Shown here: positions 1-8,854 of the stretch, in pieces | How the letters are laid out: the number at the start of each line of letters is the position of its first letter | How positions within the stretch are numbered: the stretch's first letter is position 1 | Origin: an uncultured delta proteobacterium | GTDB taxonomy: Bacteria > Myxococcota_A > Polyangia > Fen-1088 | Assembly (NCBI GenBank): GCA_963755125.1 | Contig: CAVWIP010000010.1 | Location: 320,001 to 384,000 of the forward strand | Length of the DNA: 64,000 nucleotides | Reading direction: 5' to 3' | The notes under the pieces: generated by a model | What the model saw: only the letters and a program-made list of their open reading frames with translations | Database searches by the model: none | Told to the model about the DNA's origin: nothing | Made by a program: the position numbers and the translations under genes

Positions 1-2
1 CC

Positions 3-818
3 GGTGCCACCGTGGTCTATACCTGTCACGGACAGAATTCGCTGGCAGCGGGTCGCCTGTGGCTGACCCGCCTAGCCTCGCTGGCCATCGACGCCTATGT
101 CGGGGTTTCCCCGCACATCGTCGAGCGCGCCCGGCGGTATCATGAGTGTCCCGCGGCCAAGCTGCTGGTCATTGAAAACGGCGTGGATCTGTCCGCTTTT
201 CGCCCCGAGGCGGACACCCGCCGCCAGGTGCGCGCCGCATTGGGACTGCCCGCGGGAGCCTGGGTGGTGGGCACGGTGGGGCGCCTGGTGGATGACAAGA
301 ACCCCGGCCTGCTCCTGCGCGCCGCCCTGCCGCTGCTTGGCCCGGACGCCCGTCTGGTGTTCGTGGGCGACGGTCCCCTAGGCCCGGACCTGCAGGCCGT
401 GGCCTCCCGCCATACGGCTGGTCACTGCGTGAGTTTCCTCGGTGCACGCCACGATGTGCCGCGCTTGCTGGCCGCGTTCGATGTGTTCGCACTGTCGTCG
501 CGCACCGAGGGACTTCCCCTGGCTCTCCTGGAAGCCATGGCGGCAGCGCTACCCATCGTGGCCACCGCGGTGGGCGGCGTGCCCGACGTGGTCCGCGACG
601 GCCGGAGTGCGCGTCTGGTCCCCAGCGCCGACGAGGCGGCGCTGCGCGAGGCTCTGGCGCAGCTTCGCAGAGACCCGACCGCGGCGGCCGAATTGGGCCG
701 ATGCGCACGAAGGGAGAGCCAGCGCTTTTCCGCCGCCACCATGACCAGCCGCTACCTGGACCTTTACCACCGCTGTCGGGTGGAACTGCTGACTCAGAAA
801 CCTTTCAACTTGGTGTAG
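3..818 (+). CDS. GT4 glycosyltransferase (5' end outside the window)
   Basis: GT-B motifs ENGVD, VGRL..K, FALSSRTEGLPLALLEAMAA, ATAVGG. The frame is open to the window edge. Confidence 0.9.
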   Translation, partial: GATVVYTCHGQNSLAAGRLWLTRLASLAIDAYVGVSPHIVERARRYHECPAAKLLVIENGVDLSAFRPEADTRRQVRAALGLPAGAWVVGTVGRLVDDKNPGLLLRAALPLLGPDARLVFVGDGPLGPDLQAVASRHTAGHCVSFLGARHDVPRLLAAFDVFALSSRTEGLPLALLEAMAAALPIVATAVGGVPDVVRDGRSARLVPSADEAALREALAQLRRDPTAAAELGRCARRESQRFSAATMTSRYLDLYHRCRVELLTQKPFNLV

Positions 819-2170
819 AGTTGCACCGCTACCATCAAGCCTGCCGCAATCCCGGTGACCGCGAGCAAGTCGCGCCATCCCAGGGAAAGCTTCCAGTCGG
901 GATCGTGGTTTCGAATGGCCAGCGCATAGGCGCCGGTCAGGCCAAAGAAAAGCCAGATGATCGGATGATAGGTCAGCGACAAGAAGAACGTCCCGGCGAC
1001 CATGCCACACAGAACCGCCAGCAGGCCACGTCCCCACTGGTAGGCGACCGCCGCCTCGGGAACCTGCCGGTAGCGGCGCATGGCGGTCAGCACGATCTTG
1101 AAGGCCACGTAGAAGAGCCCGACGAACAGCAACAGCCCCACCGTGCCCATCTCGGCTGCGGCGAGCACGAAGCTGTTGTGCGCGGTGATGTAGTAACGCT
1201 CGGGGAATTCGCCCTGGCCGACGCCCCACACAGGCGATTCCCGCCACATCAGCAGCCCCTCGGCCCATGCCTCCAGCCGTTCCTGGCTCGAGGAGGTGGC
1301 CTCGCTGGTCGAACGCCCGCCGAGAATGAGCGCCGGCGTGGCCAGCACCGCACCCAGCGCGATACCCTTCCAGCCAAAACGAACTGCGAAGTAGGCGGCG
1401 GCAACCGCCACGATCACCATCTGTCCGGTTCGCGATTCGGTCAGGACGATGCAGGTCACGCCCAGCCCGATCAGCGCGGCCAGCATCAAGGTGCGCAGCA
1501 ACGAGCGCCGACGGGACCACAGGGTGAGCGCGAGTGGAATGGCCAGCCCGAGGGCGAGCGCGAACTCGTTGGGATCTTGCAAAAGGCCGCGGTATCGGAT
1601 GCGACCGCCGCCGACGGATGTGGTTCCGGCCGGCCCCGACTTCTCGCACTCGTACTCGAACCCGGGCTCGCCCCCTTCCTCGCACTGGTCGGGCCCGGCG
1701 CATGGGCGGTCTTCTGGCACACCGGTGGTTTCGCCCAAGGTCGTCCCGGGCTCGATCCGGATGCATTGCAGGGGGGCCTGCGCCTGGACCACGCCCACGA
1801 CCGAGAGAACCAGCGTGATGGTCACGATGGCCCGGCAGACGTTCTCCAGGGCGCGAAAGCTCTGGGCGGACTGGGCCACCAGCATATAGAGCGCAGGCGA
1901 CACGATGAGCACCACCGCCACGTGGGTCACGGAAGCCGAGGAACCCAGGGTGGTCGCCACCAGCGCCCACAGGTACAAAGCCATCGCCAGCGCCGCGTGG
2001 GGAGCGAGCCATGGGCGCACAAAGCGCAGCCGCAGATCGAGCACCAGCCCCAGCAGGCTGATGGCAACGAGAATAGGAATGCAGGGAACCGTACTCAGAA
2101 AGGGGAAGACCTCGTGAGGCCTCAAATAGACAAATGCAATCAGCGTGAGAATTCCGGGCAGCGAAAACAT
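794..2170 (-). CDS. O-antigen ligase / Wzy-like polysaccharide polymerase
   Basis: Many TM segments. Wzy_C-type motifs GLLQDPNE, TESRTG, SPVWGVGQG, AHNSF...AAEMG. Confidence 0.85.
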   Translation of the reverse strand: MFSLPGILTLIAFVYLRPHEVFPFLSTVPCIPILVAISLLGLVLDLRLRFVRPWLAPHAALAMALYLWALVATTLGSSASVTHVAVVLIVSPALYMLVAQSAQSFRALENVCRAIVTITLVLSVVGVVQAQAPLQCIRIEPGTTLGETTGVPEDRPCAGPDQCEEGGEPGFEYECEKSGPAGTTSVGGGRIRYRGLLQDPNEFALALGLAIPLALTLWSRRRSLLRTLMLAALIGLGVTCIVLTESRTGQMVIVAVAAAYFAVRFGWKGIALGAVLATPALILGGRSTSEATSSSQERLEAWAEGLLMWRESPVWGVGQGEFPERYYITAHNSFVLAAAEMGTVGLLLFVGLFYVAFKIVLTAMRRYRQVPEAAVAYQWGRGLLAVLCGMVAGTFFLSLTYHPIIWLFFGLTGAYALAIRNHDPDWKLSLGWRDLLAVTGIAAGLMVAVQLYTKLKGF

Positions 2171-2233
2171 GCTTTCCCCAACCGTGTGGTGTCGACTATC
2201 GCCGATTTCTTGGGCCGAGAGCGAATTCCCGTC

Positions 2234-2818
2234 ATGGGCGCCTTCGCCCTGTGCCTGGCGGTCTGCCTGCTAGGATGCGCGACGCCCCTGCCCAGCTTCG
2301 ACTATAGCAAGGAGCTCGATCCGCGGCAGGCCGAGTTCCTGGTCGGCCCCTCCGACGTCCTGCGCATCAACGTCTGGAAGACGCCCGACCTATCGGTGGA
2401 CGTCACGGTACGGCCTGACGGCACCGTCACCCTCCCCTTGATCGGCGACGTGACCGCCACCGGCCGCACCCCCAGCCAGTTGCGCGACGAGATCAAGCGC
2501 AAACTCACCGCCTTTTTGCGCGACGACAACCCGGCCATTGAGGTCATCGTGGAAACCGTCAACAGCTACCGCTTCACCGTGGCCGGCAACGTGGAACACT
2601 CGGGCCTGTTCACCACCAAGTACTTCGTCACCGTGACCGAGGCCATCGCGCTCGCCGGCGGCCCCAACCGCTATGCCGATCTGGACCGGGTGCTCATCCT
2701 GCGCCAGACCGGAACCGGCGCGCGCTCCATTCCCGTCAGTCTCAATGAAATCTACTCGGGCCGTCACCCCGAGATGGATCTGGTCATCGTGAAGGAGGAC
2801 CGGATCTTCGTGCCGTAG
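2234..2818 (+). CDS. Short OPX (Wza-like) polysaccharide export lipoprotein
   Basis: Lipobox LLGC, Poly_export motif VRPDGTVTLPLIGDV, one SLBB domain (AIALAGG), ends EDRIFVP. The start could be the GTG about 50 nt upstream. Confidence 0.88.
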   Translation: MGAFALCLAVCLLGCATPLPSFDYSKELDPRQAEFLVGPSDVLRINVWKTPDLSVDVTVRPDGTVTLPLIGDVTATGRTPSQLRDEIKRKLTAFLRDDNPAIEVIVETVNSYRFTVAGNVEHSGLFTTKYFVTVTEAIALAGGPNRYADLDRVLILRQTGTGARSIPVSLNEIYSGRHPEMDLVIVKEDRIFVP

Positions 2819-2825
2819 CAACTGC

Positions 2826-4523
2826 TCACGTCTGTCCGTCGATGACCTCGAGGTCGCCACACAGGGCGTAGCTGTGCACGCCGCGCAGGCCGGGCCAGGC
2901 GTTGGGGTCCACTTCTCGAATCAGCCGCTCTTCATAGCCTCGGGTATCCAGGCGGGTGATTTCGTGGAAGTTCAGTTTGCGCCCGTAGTGGGGTGCGCAA
3001 TGCTGACTGGGGCGATACAGCTTGCCAGCGAGGGACACAATCGCGCCCGCCGAGCGCGCATAGCGCGCGTCCAGCGAAAGCGGACTGGAGGGGTGCATGG
3101 TCCAGTCGCCGTCTAGTCGTTCGGAATGGAACAGCAAGAGCTGGTAGCTAGCCTCGACGGGATCCATGGCCGTGACGAACAGCCAAGTGCGCCCTTCAAA
3201 CGCAAAGGTCATGCTGTCAACCGCCCGAATCGGCAGCAGGGTGCGCACCCTGACCCAGGCATGCGGGAAATCCACCGCGCGATACAGCTCGACGCATCCG
3301 TTCTGCGCGGTTTCCGGGATCATGAACACCTCGCTCTCGGCCTCGAACACCGCCGGATACGACAGATGGTAGGGCCGGCTGAGCACGCGCACCGGCTCGG
3401 ACAACCTGCCCTCGGGCAGAACCTCCATGCAAACCAGCACCCCCTTGCCTTCGGAGAAGCTCAGCTCCTCACAGAATAGCCACAGCCGGCCCTGGCGCCG
3501 CAGCAGGAAGGGATCGGCAAGGTACCCGCCCTGCGGCGGCTGCAGCCAACGGAAAGCCGCCAGCCCTTCCGGAGACGCGCCCTCGACCAGTTTTTGCGGG
3601 GAACCCGAACGCAGGGCAATCCGCCAGCAGAAGTTCAAGTTTGGCCGGCGCACTAGATTGACCAGACGTCGACCGATGCGCGGAACCAGGAATTTCACCA
3701 CGTCGCGGTTGCCAGGATGGTTGCGCCCCCCGGGCTCGCCCTTGCTCGCAGGCAGCACGGCCACGAGATCCTGCGCGAACCGGTCCCAGCCGCGCTGGTG
3801 CAACTCGTGCAGCTTGCGGATCACGAAGGTCAGGGCGGTCAGAGTCGGACGCACGCAGTTCTTGCTGCGGAAAAGGCTGTGCTCGGTGGCGACGCGCGCG
3901 TGGGTCAGCACATGCACGCCGCCCGACGGCCCCCCGTGCATGAGCAAGGCCGTGCTGGAGAGCAGCCGCCCGTCGCGTACCTCGCTGAAACAGGGCGTGG
4001 GCGAACGCGACTCGCTGGGATCGCCCAGGTGAATCGACCACACACCGAAGCGGGCGAGGGCGCCAAGCGCGTCGGGCACCGGCCCAGGCGCACAATGCAG
4101 GATCACGTCGGGTTTCAGCCCCTGCAGGGCGGTCAGCGTGCCCGAGGGGAAGTCAAGCGCGCCGAATGGTTCGGCGCGTTGTGCGGGCAGGTTGGGGACG
4201 CGCGCAAATATGTCCGCGCAATCCACGGGCGCAATCAGCGCCCGGACATCAGGATAGACTTGGCGGTCCCATGCCTCCAGGACATGGAAGGAAATCTGGT
4301 GCAACAATGCCTTGTCCGTCCCCATTGCACCGGATGATGGGGCCACGCCGTCTTGCCGCTCGGTCAAGACCACCGCAACCAAAGTCGCGAAGTTCGACCG
4401 CTCGATGTGCTGCAGGGCGGCCGCCTCGGGTCGGCCCAGGTGCGGGCTGTCAGCCACGGCCACGATACGCAGTCGGGGCGCATCGGCCGAAGAGCGCAGG
4501 AAGAGACTTTCCAGCCCGGCCAC
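2826..4523 (-). CDS. Formyltransferase-like N-domain fused to a GH43-like beta-propeller (polysaccharide-cluster protein)
   Basis: GVWSIHLGD in the N-half. Propeller repeats LADPF, HLSYPAVF, ARSAGAI in the C-half. Confidence 0.6.
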   Translation of the reverse strand: MAGLESLFLRSSADAPRLRIVAVADSPHLGRPEAAALQHIERSNFATLVAVVLTERQDGVAPSSGAMGTDKALLHQISFHVLEAWDRQVYPDVRALIAPVDCADIFARVPNLPAQRAEPFGALDFPSGTLTALQGLKPDVILHCAPGPVPDALGALARFGVWSIHLGDPSESRSPTPCFSEVRDGRLLSSTALLMHGGPSGGVHVLTHARVATEHSLFRSKNCVRPTLTALTFVIRKLHELHQRGWDRFAQDLVAVLPASKGEPGGRNHPGNRDVVKFLVPRIGRRLVNLVRRPNLNFCWRIALRSGSPQKLVEGASPEGLAAFRWLQPPQGGYLADPFLLRRQGRLWLFCEELSFSEGKGVLVCMEVLPEGRLSEPVRVLSRPYHLSYPAVFEAESEVFMIPETAQNGCVELYRAVDFPHAWVRVRTLLPIRAVDSMTFAFEGRTWLFVTAMDPVEASYQLLLFHSERLDGDWTMHPSSPLSLDARYARSAGAIVSLAGKLYRPSQHCAPHYGRKLNFHEITRLDTRGYEERLIREVDPNAWPGLRGVHSYALCGDLEVIDGQT

Positions 4524-4527
4524 GGCG

Positions 4528-5637
4528 TCACCCAGCCGCTGGCGGCGGCGGCAAGCGGTAGTCGCGGTATTGCGCGGGATTGCCCGAGCGCCCTTCCATG
4601 GCGGCCACCGCGATGTTGTACATCTCCCGAGCTGTCACGTAGTGCAAGACCCAGTCCTTGCCGTCATTGAATATCCCGGTCAGCGCTTGGTGCAACTTTT
4701 GTCCACCCTCCCCCAGCAAGGAAACCGCCTCCGGCTCGGGCGAGCCGTGCGTGTGAACCTTGACGAAGACCCATTCCGGCCGGCCCGCGACGTGAATATT
4801 CTCGACCGCCCAGCGGCGCACGCGCGACGGGGTGGCGGGATCGTTCGATGTGATGCAGGCATTCTCGATGCGCAGGGGCACGCGGGTGGCGCGCAAATGG
4901 AGAGCCAGCGGGCCCTCGATCATCAGGATGCGGTCCTCGCGCATGTGGCCCACGCGGGCCGGCTCGCCCTGTTCATAGGCGCGCGCACGGCTGAGGTCGC
5001 CCACCGGCCAGTAGATGCGGTTGACGATGTTGGGCTGCGACTCGTCGGGTGCCGAGGGAAAGGTGAAGTCGGCGTAGCAGCCCGTCTCGAAGAGCAGAGG
5101 AATCTCGTCGTCGACGCCGCACGCGCGGCCGTCGTGTCGCCCATTGGCCAGGGCCCAGTCACCGTGGATGAAGGCGTAGCGAAGACGGCCGTCCGGATCC
5201 CGGGCCAGATGCCCGTGCTCGGCGAACAGGCGCAGCGACTGTTCGAGCTGGGGTCGCAAGCTTTCCCGCGTGTCCCCCTCGTGGTGCAGGTGCAGCTCGA
5301 CCTCGCCCAGTCCCGCGCCCGCCAGCTTGGCCAGCGGCTCGAGAAACTCTGGCCGGTACTGTTCACCGGGGAAGAAGAACGTGTGTCGTGGGGGCAGCCC
5401 ATCGGCGTCGCGGAAGTTCCGCGCCAGCGCCGGGTAGCCATCGGCCCAGGTCTTCATGCGCGCGCGGCCCTGGGCATCGTCGACGCCGTTCCATAACGGC
5501 TCGTGATGGTCGCAGAACGCAAAAAGCAGGTGACGCACATCAAGGAACTCGCTGGCCCACGCACGACCGATGCGGTGGGAAATCCAGCCGCGAATCCAGG
5601 TGTGCAAGTTTCTCTCCCAGCTCATGTCCAGGGCCAT
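4528..5637 (-). CDS. Putative metal-dependent polysaccharide deacetylase-like protein
   Basis: His/Asp-rich motifs CDHHEP, ELHLHH, FIHGDWAL, VKVHTHG. Sits in the EPS cluster. Confidence 0.55.
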   Translation of the reverse strand: MALDMSWERNLHTWIRGWISHRIGRAWASEFLDVRHLLFAFCDHHEPLWNGVDDAQGRARMKTWADGYPALARNFRDADGLPPRHTFFFPGEQYRPEFLEPLAKLAGAGLGEVELHLHHEGDTRESLRPQLEQSLRLFAEHGHLARDPDGRLRYAFIHGDWALANGRHDGRACGVDDEIPLLFETGCYADFTFPSAPDESQPNIVNRIYWPVGDLSRARAYEQGEPARVGHMREDRILMIEGPLALHLRATRVPLRIENACITSNDPATPSRVRRWAVENIHVAGRPEWVFVKVHTHGSPEPEAVSLLGEGGQKLHQALTGIFNDGKDWVLHYVTAREMYNIAVAAMEGRSGNPAQYRDYRLPPPPAAG

Positions 5638-5685
5638 TTGGCCGCAAGGATAGCAAACCGCGCCGGGTTGGCATGGGCGTGGCCG

Positions 5686-6246
5686 CTATTCCACCAGCAA
5701 GACCCCGAGATGGCGTTGCGGGTCGATCCGTCGCAGCCACTCGTGCAGGCGGAACTCCGTGGCGCCGCCGGGGCGGGCCATGAGCACCACGCCGTCCACC
5801 ACGTAGAGTAGGGAGGCTCCCGAACCGGCCACTGCCGGCTTGCCGAAGGCAACCAGCACACGATCGAAGCGGGCGGAAGAGTCCTCCAGCGCGCGCTCAA
5901 GAGCGGCGGGACGGTCGCCCCCTACGGGGACTTCGGGACGGACAGCCAACCCCTCCTCCCCCGGCGCGCTTCGCGCGCGCGCGTCGCCCACGTCCGGTGT
6001 GCCGCTGCGCTCAGCCAATGCCGGCGGCGACTCGGTATCCAGGACATGCACGCGGTCGCCCAGCGCCTCAAAGGCAAGCGCCAACCGCCGTGCCGTGGGC
6101 AGGACCTGCATGCCCGCGTGCAGAGGGAAAAGGCCCACCCGGACGCACTGCCGCGCCCGGATTCGTTGCGCGACCGCCAGGGTTTCGGGATCGAGGGCTG
6201 CCGCCGAGTGCGACGAACTGTTTCCCGTCCCGCGGGCATCCGACAT
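5686..6246 (-). CDS. Degenerate CpsD/CapB BY-kinase-like protein (pseudokinase)
   Basis: P-loop-fold remnants RVHVLD, FDRVLV, VDGVVLMARPG, LGVLLVE, but no Walker A GK[ST]. Start ATG 6246 is preceded by TATGCT-N7. Confidence 0.55.
   Translation of the reverse strand: MSDARGTGNSSSHSAAALDPETLAVAQRIRARQCVRVGLFPLHAGMQVLPTARRLALAFEALGDRVHVLDTESPPALAERSGTPDVGDARARSAPGEEGLAVRPEVPVGGDRPAALERALEDSSARFDRVLVAFGKPAVAGSGASLLYVVDGVVLMARPGGATEFRLHEWLRRIDPQRHLGVLLVE
5918..5980. repeat. Intragenic copy of the palindromic repeat found at 48640-48700
   Basis: 5918-5939 matches 48640-48661 at 21/22. 5964-5980 matches 48684-48700 at 17/17. Spacing is nearly the same (24 vs 22 nt). Confidence 0.7.
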
Positions 6247-6275
6247 GCTATAGAGCATAAACTAGGGAGGCTGCA

Positions 6276-7673
6276 GTGTCGGTCAGAATCCGGTGGCTGA
6301 TTGGCGGATCTGCACCGCGGCCACGCAATCGAGCAAACTTGGCTATTGATAGGACGTCCAGATCGCGACGGCGATGGCAGGCGCTCGCCGGGTTGGTTAT
6401 TGTGGCGACCCTCGCGCAGCCGGCCGTGGCCGACCCGCTCGACTACGAATTGGGCGCCGGGGCCTTTGTCGGGGTCACCGACAATGCGCTGGGCGTTCCC
6501 AGCGGTACTCCGGGTTCGGGAGGCGACGTGCTGGTGCTGGGCCGCTTGGATGCCGGCTTGACCCTGACCCGTCAGTTCTCCGAACACCGGCTGGTCTATG
6601 CCTTCACCGCCAGCGATTACCTGCGCCAGTCCGGTGGCGACATTCTGTCCAACTCGCTGGCCTGGCAAGCCGGTTTCCAGCCGCGCGCCTGGCTGCGACT
6701 CACTACGGCCCTGGCCGCGACCCAAGGCCGCCTGACCTCGCTCGACGTGGCCTCGGCGTCCGCCGGCGGCGCCTCGATAGGGCTGACCGGGCCACGACCG
6801 GCGGCGCCCCTGCTCTACGCCTCGGCCGACGCCCGGCAAGGACTCAGCGCAGAGCTGTCGCCGCGCTGGCGCCTGTTGCAGTCGCTGGCTGCTCTGGGTT
6901 TCTGGCCGCTGCAAGCGAACACGCAAAGCCCGAGCAGCTACTCGGGCGAGCTTGGCCTGGGCCTGGAGCGTACCTTCGCCCGCGACGGCGTCTCGCTGAA
7001 TGCGCGCGGACTGGCGATGCAGGCGAATCAGGTCAGTTCGCAGGGCGTGGTGCTCTCGCCCCAGTTCCGCGCCGACGGGGTCGAGGGCAACCTGGGCTGG
7101 CGCCACACCTTCACGCCGGTGTGGAGCGACTACCTTTCGGGCGGCGGGATGCTCGTCGACGCCCCTGCCGGCTCGACCCCGCGCCTGTTTCCCGTCGGCC
7201 TGGCCGAGCTCCTGGCCCACAGCGAGACCAGGGATGCGAGCCTGCGGGTCGAGCGCACCGTCACGCCCGACGTGTTTGCCGGCGACATCTTCTTGAGCAC
7301 GCGCGTGGTGGTCAATGCCACGGCCGGTTTTGGCAAGACGCAGAAGCTGCAATTGCGTGGCTCGGGCAGCGTCGACCGGGCATCGGCCATCGGCGCGGCC
7401 AGCGACAACCGGGGAAGCGCGACGGTGTGGCAAACCCAGGTCGTCATGACCTATGGCGTACCGGGCCCGCTCTTGCTCAGCCTCGAGTATGCCTTCACTG
7501 ATCAACAAGCCGACGCGCCCGGGACCAGCGCAACGCCGACTTTTCTCAGTTTCCGGCGCAACCTGGTCATGCTGGGCATCGAGGTCAAGTACGCGTCCCT
7601 GCGTCCGCTCATGGGCGGCGGCGCGCGGAGGATTCGTGGGGCGGGCAACCCCGCCGAGGATCCCCGGCGATGA
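6276..7673 (+). CDS. Probable outer-membrane beta-barrel of polysaccharide export
   Basis: Signal-peptide-like stretch (ALAGLVIVATLAQPAVA) followed by alternating amphipathic beta-strands ending NLVMLGIEVKY. Start uncertain. Confidence 0.6.
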   Translation: MSVRIRWLIGGSAPRPRNRANLAIDRTSRSRRRWQALAGLVIVATLAQPAVADPLDYELGAGAFVGVTDNALGVPSGTPGSGGDVLVLGRLDAGLTLTRQFSEHRLVYAFTASDYLRQSGGDILSNSLAWQAGFQPRAWLRLTTALAATQGRLTSLDVASASAGGASIGLTGPRPAAPLLYASADARQGLSAELSPRWRLLQSLAALGFWPLQANTQSPSSYSGELGLGLERTFARDGVSLNARGLAMQANQVSSQGVVLSPQFRADGVEGNLGWRHTFTPVWSDYLSGGGMLVDAPAGSTPRLFPVGLAELLAHSETRDASLRVERTVTPDVFAGDIFLSTRVVVNATAGFGKTQKLQLRGSGSVDRASAIGAASDNRGSATVWQTQVVMTYGVPGPLLLSLEYAFTDQQADAPGTSATPTFLSFRRNLVMLGIEVKYASLRPLMGGGARRIRGAGNPAEDPRR

Positions 7674-8854
7674 AGATCCTGTTTCTCAGCAGTCTTTGCG
7701 CGACGCCGCTTCTGCCCGACCTGAGTCCTGGCAACGCCCGCATCCTGCGCGCCCTGCGTGCCATTGTCGACTGCCGCGCGATCATCCCGGTGCCCCTCTT
7801 CCCGGCCGCGCTCACCCGGCTGCTGCGGCGGCAGCCCACCCAGATCCCGGCGGTGGAGGTCGATCAAGACGGATCGCTCATCTTCCACCCACGCACCTTC
7901 CACATCCCCGGCGTTGCGCGCTTTCTCAACGCCGCATTCTATGCCTTGTCGGTCGCCCCCATGGTCCGTGACGAGGTGGCGAGCTTCCGGCCCGACGTGA
8001 TCCTGGCACCCTGGGCCTATCCCGATGGCACCGCCGCGGTAGCACTGGGCAGGATACTGGGAGTCCCGGTGGTGGTGCGCGCCATGGGCAGCGACATCAA
8101 TGAGGTCGCGCGCATGCCGGGACGACGCCCGCAGATCCGCTGGGCCTTGCGCCACGCAGCCCGCGTGATCGCCGTGAGCCGAGCCATGGGCCAGGTCATC
8201 ACCGCGCTGGGCGTGCCCGAGCAGAGCATCGCGGTCATTCCCACCGGAGTGGAGCCCGCCATCTTCCACCCTGGCGATCGCGCCCTGGCACGATCCACGC
8301 TGGGCCTGGCGCCCGGGCCGCTGGTCCTGGTGGTCGCGCGGCTTTCCCCTGAAAAGGGACTGGTCCACCTGCTTGCCGCCATGTCCCTGGCCGGCAAGCG
8401 CTGCCCCTTTCGGCTGGTCATCGTCGGCGACGGGGCGCAACGCTGCGAATTGGAGGAGGAGGCGGGGCGCCGCGGCCTGCGCGAGCGCATCCGCTTCGAC
8501 GGCTTCCAGCCCGAGGCGCGCCTGCCTCTCTACTACTCGGCGGCTGACCTGGTCTGCCTGCCCAGCCTGGCCGAAGGCTGGCCCGACGTGCTCATGGAAA
8601 GCTTCGCCTGCGGTTGCCCGGTGGTGGCGTCTGCCGTGGGGGGCGTTCCCGACATCGTGGCACTGACCGGGGCTGGTCTGACCGTGCCGCCCGCCAGCCC
8701 CGATGCCCTGGCGCACGCGCTGGAGGCGGCCCTGGCACGCGAATGGGACCGTCAGGCGATCGTGGGAGCCATGGCCGGCCACACCATCGCGGGCACTGCC
8801 CGCCGCTACCTCGAAGTCTGTCAAGACGCCGCCCAGGGGGTTCTGCCAACATGA
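7670..8854 (+). CDS. GT4 glycosyltransferase
   Basis: AMGSDIN, PTGVE, ARLSPEKG, LPSLAEGWPDVLMESFACG. ATGA overlap with the upstream gene. Confidence 0.9.
   Translation: MKILFLSSLCATPLLPDLSPGNARILRALRAIVDCRAIIPVPLFPAALTRLLRRQPTQIPAVEVDQDGSLIFHPRTFHIPGVARFLNAAFYALSVAPMVRDEVASFRPDVILAPWAYPDGTAAVALGRILGVPVVVRAMGSDINEVARMPGRRPQIRWALRHAARVIAVSRAMGQVITALGVPEQSIAVIPTGVEPAIFHPGDRALARSTLGLAPGPLVLVVARLSPEKGLVHLLAAMSLAGKRCPFRLVIVGDGAQRCELEEEAGRRGLRERIRFDGFQPEARLPLYYSAADLVCLPSLAEGWPDVLMESFACGCPVVASAVGGVPDIVALTGAGLTVPPASPDALAHALEAALAREWDRQAIVGAMAGHTIAGTARRYLEVCQDAAQGVLPT

Noticed and set aside
701..2233. 5' extension making the OPX ORF 705 aa
   Set aside because: It is antisense to the Wzy-like gene and lacks protein-like features. 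The real protein starts at the lipoprotein signal.
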